Below, one piece after another: positions 26,875 to 29,665 of a stretch of 29,665 bases of DNA. The stretch is from a virus (lineage: Duplodnaviria; Caudoviricetes). The stretch's first letter is position 1. The number at the start of each line of letters is the position of its first letter. The notes under the pieces were generated by a model, which saw only the letters and a program-made list of their open reading frames with translations, had not been told where the DNA came from and ran no database searches. A program made the translations under genes and the position numbers. The stretch is from the IMG/VR virus record IMGVR_UViG_3300032218_003836, positions 1 to 29,665 of that record. One strand, written 5' to 3'.

Positions 26875-27665
26875 GATGTGCTTAAAGGGGCTCAGCGGGG
26901 CTAGTTCCGGGTCGTCTGGGACTCCGGCGGTGCCTTAAGGGGTGGGTACCCTAAGAGCCTGACAACAACCTGACATTAGTCTGGCAATAGTCTGGGACTC
27001 CGGGAGTGGGAGAAGGGGTGGGTAGGGATAGGCGATTCATTCAGATGGGGTGATACACTTAATGCAAGCGCGAAGGCCGTCGCCTCCACACAAACAGGGG
27101 GCCTGGTCGCGCGCGTCACGCCTGGGCGCGTTGCGCGTCACGGGCTCGCGTTGCGTGCGCTGCATACGCGTTGCCATAGGTACCAACCGGCAAGCCATGG
27201 CAACAATAACGCCTTTCGTTTCGGCTGGTTGCGTTGCCATCCAAGCAAACCGTTACCACCACGGACCGGTGTCGGTAATTCTGCCAGCTTGGCTAGTTTG
27301 CTGGTGCCGGAAAGTGAACCAAAGTTCAGAAATTGAACCAGACTTCAGAGCGTGGCCGTTCGATTGAAATTGAAATTCACTTTCAACAAACCTGACCGAT
27401 CGGTCAAGTTGAGGTGTGACCCCACCTTTGTCACCTTCCTGTCAGGTTATTGTCAGAATACCTGGACTTGCGCCTCCCCACACTGCACCTCTCCGCGCCC
27501 CTTTGCTGGCATGGTAGGCGCCTCCCCTTGATGCAGCTTTCCCCAATGCGTCCCCTTGGGATGCATTTTTTTTTGCGCGCCATGCATTTTTTTTCGCCCC
27601 GTCACACCACGCTTCGCTGATTTCCTCAATGATTTCCGCACGTTTAGTCTTGTTTGCAATACCGC

Positions 27666-27694
27666 TTGACACACCACACGGCACACGGTACAGT
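27666..27694 (+). promoter_or_regulatory. Early-type promoter TTGACA-N17-TACAGT
   Basis: Near-consensus sigma70 promoter with T-tracts upstream. Confidence 0.7.
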
Positions 27695-27737
27695 GGTGTT
27701 CATCGACGCGGCGAACGTGCCGCAAGGAAGGTGTGCG

Positions 27738-27992
27738 ATGAATGACTTGACGATTGCAGATAGTTGGCGGAGCGGACGGTGGAGCGCTGGCCACGTTTAC
27801 AGTGGCGCGGAAGAACTTCCTACGCGTGATGAACTCGTGGCGGAGCATTTGGATAATCTGCGCTTCGACTTTGACTTTCCGGACGGTGAGCTTGCGCCGT
27901 TCGCGGACGCATGGGCCGATGGTTGGCTTTCGGTTGCTAGGCGTGAGCGTGCGCTGTACTTGGCGGATGTGGCAGCGGGCGTTTACGAATAG
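27738..27992 (+). CDS. Acidic hypothetical protein (84 aa)
   Basis: AAGGAAGG SD before ATG 27738; first gene after the promoter. Confidence 0.7.
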   Translation: MNDLTIADSWRSGRWSAGHVYSGAEELPTRDELVAEHLDNLRFDFDFPDGELAPFADAWADGWLSVARRERALYLADVAAGVYE

Positions 27993-28025
27993 CGGATGCG
28001 CCGACATGGCGCGAGGAGGTGTGCG

Positions 28026-28130
28026 ATGCGTAAAGTTGACCCTTGGGTGACGTTTGACGAAGCCCTAACTTTGCTCGGTATGTTTAGTTGCGTTGCCGTG
28101 TTGGCCGTGATTCTGGTGCTGTCCTACTAG
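28026..28130 (+). CDS. Small membrane peptide (34 aa, MRKVDPWVTFDEALTLLGMFSCVAVLAVILVLSY)
   Basis: AGGAGGT SD; hydrophobic C-terminal helix; not in the ORF track. Confidence 0.6.
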   Translation: MRKVDPWVTFDEALTLLGMFSCVAVLAVILVLSY

Positions 28131-28230
28131 CTGCTAGTGTGCTGGTGCAGCCTGTCAGCTGCGGCTGGTAGGCTGCCACGGTGGCACTAGCGCTACCTTA
28201 GGCGGGCGAGTCCCGCGCGGAGAATAGACC

Positions 28231-29010
28231 ATGCTTTGCGTTTACCGTGGTCCCGCTCGTGCGGGCAGTGAGTACACTGGCGAGATTGCGGCCTTCGTTC
28301 GCGATCACGGCAACAATAAAACCGGCGTAGTGGCAGGTCTTACGATTGCGCCCGTGCGCGATGGCAGGGTGGTACCCTATTGGGAAGCGCGCCGGACGGG
28401 TGCGGATTCGCAGGTATGCGGCAACTGCCCGCACCGTAGTAAACCTGCGGGAGGCAACGGGACGTGCTACATCGGCAACGGCTCGCAGGTAGGCATGGGG
28501 TTGGCTTGGCTCGAAAAAACGGACGCGCTCCCCGTGAAAACGGGCGACGACCTGGCCACCTACCAGCGGCAACTTCGACGTCGGAAAGGTGCTCGCGCTT
28601 TCCGGTCTGCGATCTGGGGCGACGCTGGCGCGCTACCTGTGGATGTGTGGCAGACCATCGAAGCGGCTGCGACCGAAGCGGGGCTGCCAGTGCTAGGCTA
28701 TACACACGCACACTTGGACGGTGTGCCACACTTGCGCGCTTCGCACGTCGCGAGCTTGGACGGCGACGCGTGCGCGCCGGACGGGTGGCGCAGCTTTCGG
28801 GTGGTCGAACCTGGCGAGCGCCCGCGTGTTGGCGAGTTCGCTTGTCCTGCCAGCTTCGAGCGCGGCCATAAAATCAGCTGCGGCGATTGTCTCGCGTGCG
28901 GCACCTTGGGCAACGCGCAGGAGCGCAGGTCCGTCAGTATCTGGCGCCACGATAACGCTGGCCAGCGTGCCGCCAAGCGTATCGGCGAGCTTCGCTTGAG
29001 CGTACGCTAG
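28231..29010 (+). CDS. Cys-rich phage protein, GP88/radical-SAM-like
   Basis: NNKTG, CGNCP...CY, WGD, GYTH, CPAS...CGDCLAC motif series; GGAG SD. Confidence 0.6.
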   Translation: MLCVYRGPARAGSEYTGEIAAFVRDHGNNKTGVVAGLTIAPVRDGRVVPYWEARRTGADSQVCGNCPHRSKPAGGNGTCYIGNGSQVGMGLAWLEKTDALPVKTGDDLATYQRQLRRRKGARAFRSAIWGDAGALPVDVWQTIEAAATEAGLPVLGYTHAHLDGVPHLRASHVASLDGDACAPDGWRSFRVVEPGERPRVGEFACPASFERGHKISCGDCLACGTLGNAQERRSVSIWRHDNAGQRAAKRIGELRLSVR

Positions 29011-29066
29011 CGCCTTGCCTAGCTGGCGCGTGCTCCTGTACGCGTCAGCGATGCAAGCACTAGCGC

Positions 29067-29095
29067 TTGACACCGCGCACGGGGCGCGGTATAGT
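29067..29095 (+). promoter_or_regulatory. Early-type promoter TTGACA-N17-TATAGT
   Basis: 11/12 match to the sigma70 consensus. Confidence 0.75.
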
Positions 29096-29138
29096 GTGGG
29101 CAGACAACGCGCCAACCTGGCGCATGGGAGACGAGACA

Positions 29139-29342
29139 ATGACGATCGACTTGAATCAATACAATCGTGCGCCGCACTGGCAACAGATGGCAATCTGTCG
29201 GCACGTTCGGGAGGTAATCGAAAGAAACGCAAGCCACGACGCCGACAAAATGCGCGACCGCGTGTGCAATGCTTTGGGCGTCAGCCACGACCTGTTTGAT
29301 CACGTTCGAGAGTCCTTGATGAACTCTGGCGCAATGGTCTAA
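29139..29342 (+). CDS. Hypothetical protein (67 aa)
   Basis: GGGAG SD before MTIDLNQ. Confidence 0.65.
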   Translation: MTIDLNQYNRAPHWQQMAICRHVREVIERNASHDADKMRDRVCNALGVSHDLFDHVRESLMNSGAMV

Positions 29343-29450
29343 AGCGTACTACTGGCGAGGGACAAGCCCGCTGGCAGGTGCAAGCCCTGCCACGCCAGCC
29401 CTGCGATAGTGCAGACACAAGCGGGCGAGTCCCGCATGGGAAGGTGTGAG

Positions 29451-29663
29451 ATGGCGAAGATGACGGAGAAGCAGGCGTTCTACAGCGACGTGATCATCAC
29501 TGCGGTCGAGAGCGGCATCGAGTACTGGAACTACGTCAGGAAGTACCGGCACGGCTGCACCAACAAGGACATTGCCAAAGCCTTCAGGCTGATTATGGGC
29601 AAGGGTGAGATCCCCTACGCGAGCAAGGGGTGTCGCGAGCGCATGGTCGCGGCCTATTGGGCC
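29451..29663 (+). CDS. Hypothetical protein (partial, runs off the right end)
   Basis: GGAAGG SD; MAKMTEKQAFYSDVIITAVESGIEYW... open to the window end. Confidence 0.65.
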   Translation, partial: MAKMTEKQAFYSDVIITAVESGIEYWNYVRKYRHGCTNKDIAKAFRLIMGKGEIPYASKGCRERMVAAYWA

Positions 29664-29665
29664 AA

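Noticed and set aside
26599-27456. CRISPR array or tRNA in the non-coding region
   Set aside because: Repeats are 5-19 bp in mixed orientation without regular unique spacers; no cloverleaf or T-loop consensus seen.
26603-27684. Short ORFs across the intergenic region (26603..26824, 26635..26862, 27050..27367, 27442..27684)
   Set aside because: No SD, translations simply reflect the DNA repeats, and they lie outside the divergent promoters.
1-29665. Stop-codon reassignment or diversity-generating retroelement
   Set aside because: Genes tile densely under the standard code using all three stops; no reverse transcriptase or TR/VR pair seen.

Overview
This window is a fragment of a tailed dsDNA phage genome (Caudoviricetes, probably short-tailed/podovirus-like; host not determinable, but it uses sigma70-type promoters and GGAGG Shine-Dalgarno sites). 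Most genes lie on the minus strand. Read right to left they are a replication block (VapE-like ATPase, SSB, SF2 helicase, VRR-NUC nuclease), a small displaced cluster of putative virion proteins, hypothetical genes, terminase, scaffold, major capsid protein, portal, tail adaptor, tail nozzle-like protein, further tail proteins and probable internal/ejection proteins running off the left end. An HTH + serine recombinase pair is inserted on the plus strand at 19.6-20.4 kb. A ~1.1 kb non-coding region (26.59-27.66 kb) between divergent promoters holds an iteron-like array and several other motif arrays, and is followed by plus-strand early-type genes that share a repeated hairpin + SD leader. The most striking unexplained signal is a short helical peptide, roughly [IMV]-Q-x-I-A-x-[EQ]-R-L-x-x-[ML], found in seven otherwise unrelated proteins of the morphogenesis region, often at a terminus; it may be a capsid-targeting or cargo-loading tag. 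All product calls come from motif recognition and gene context; no database searches were run.
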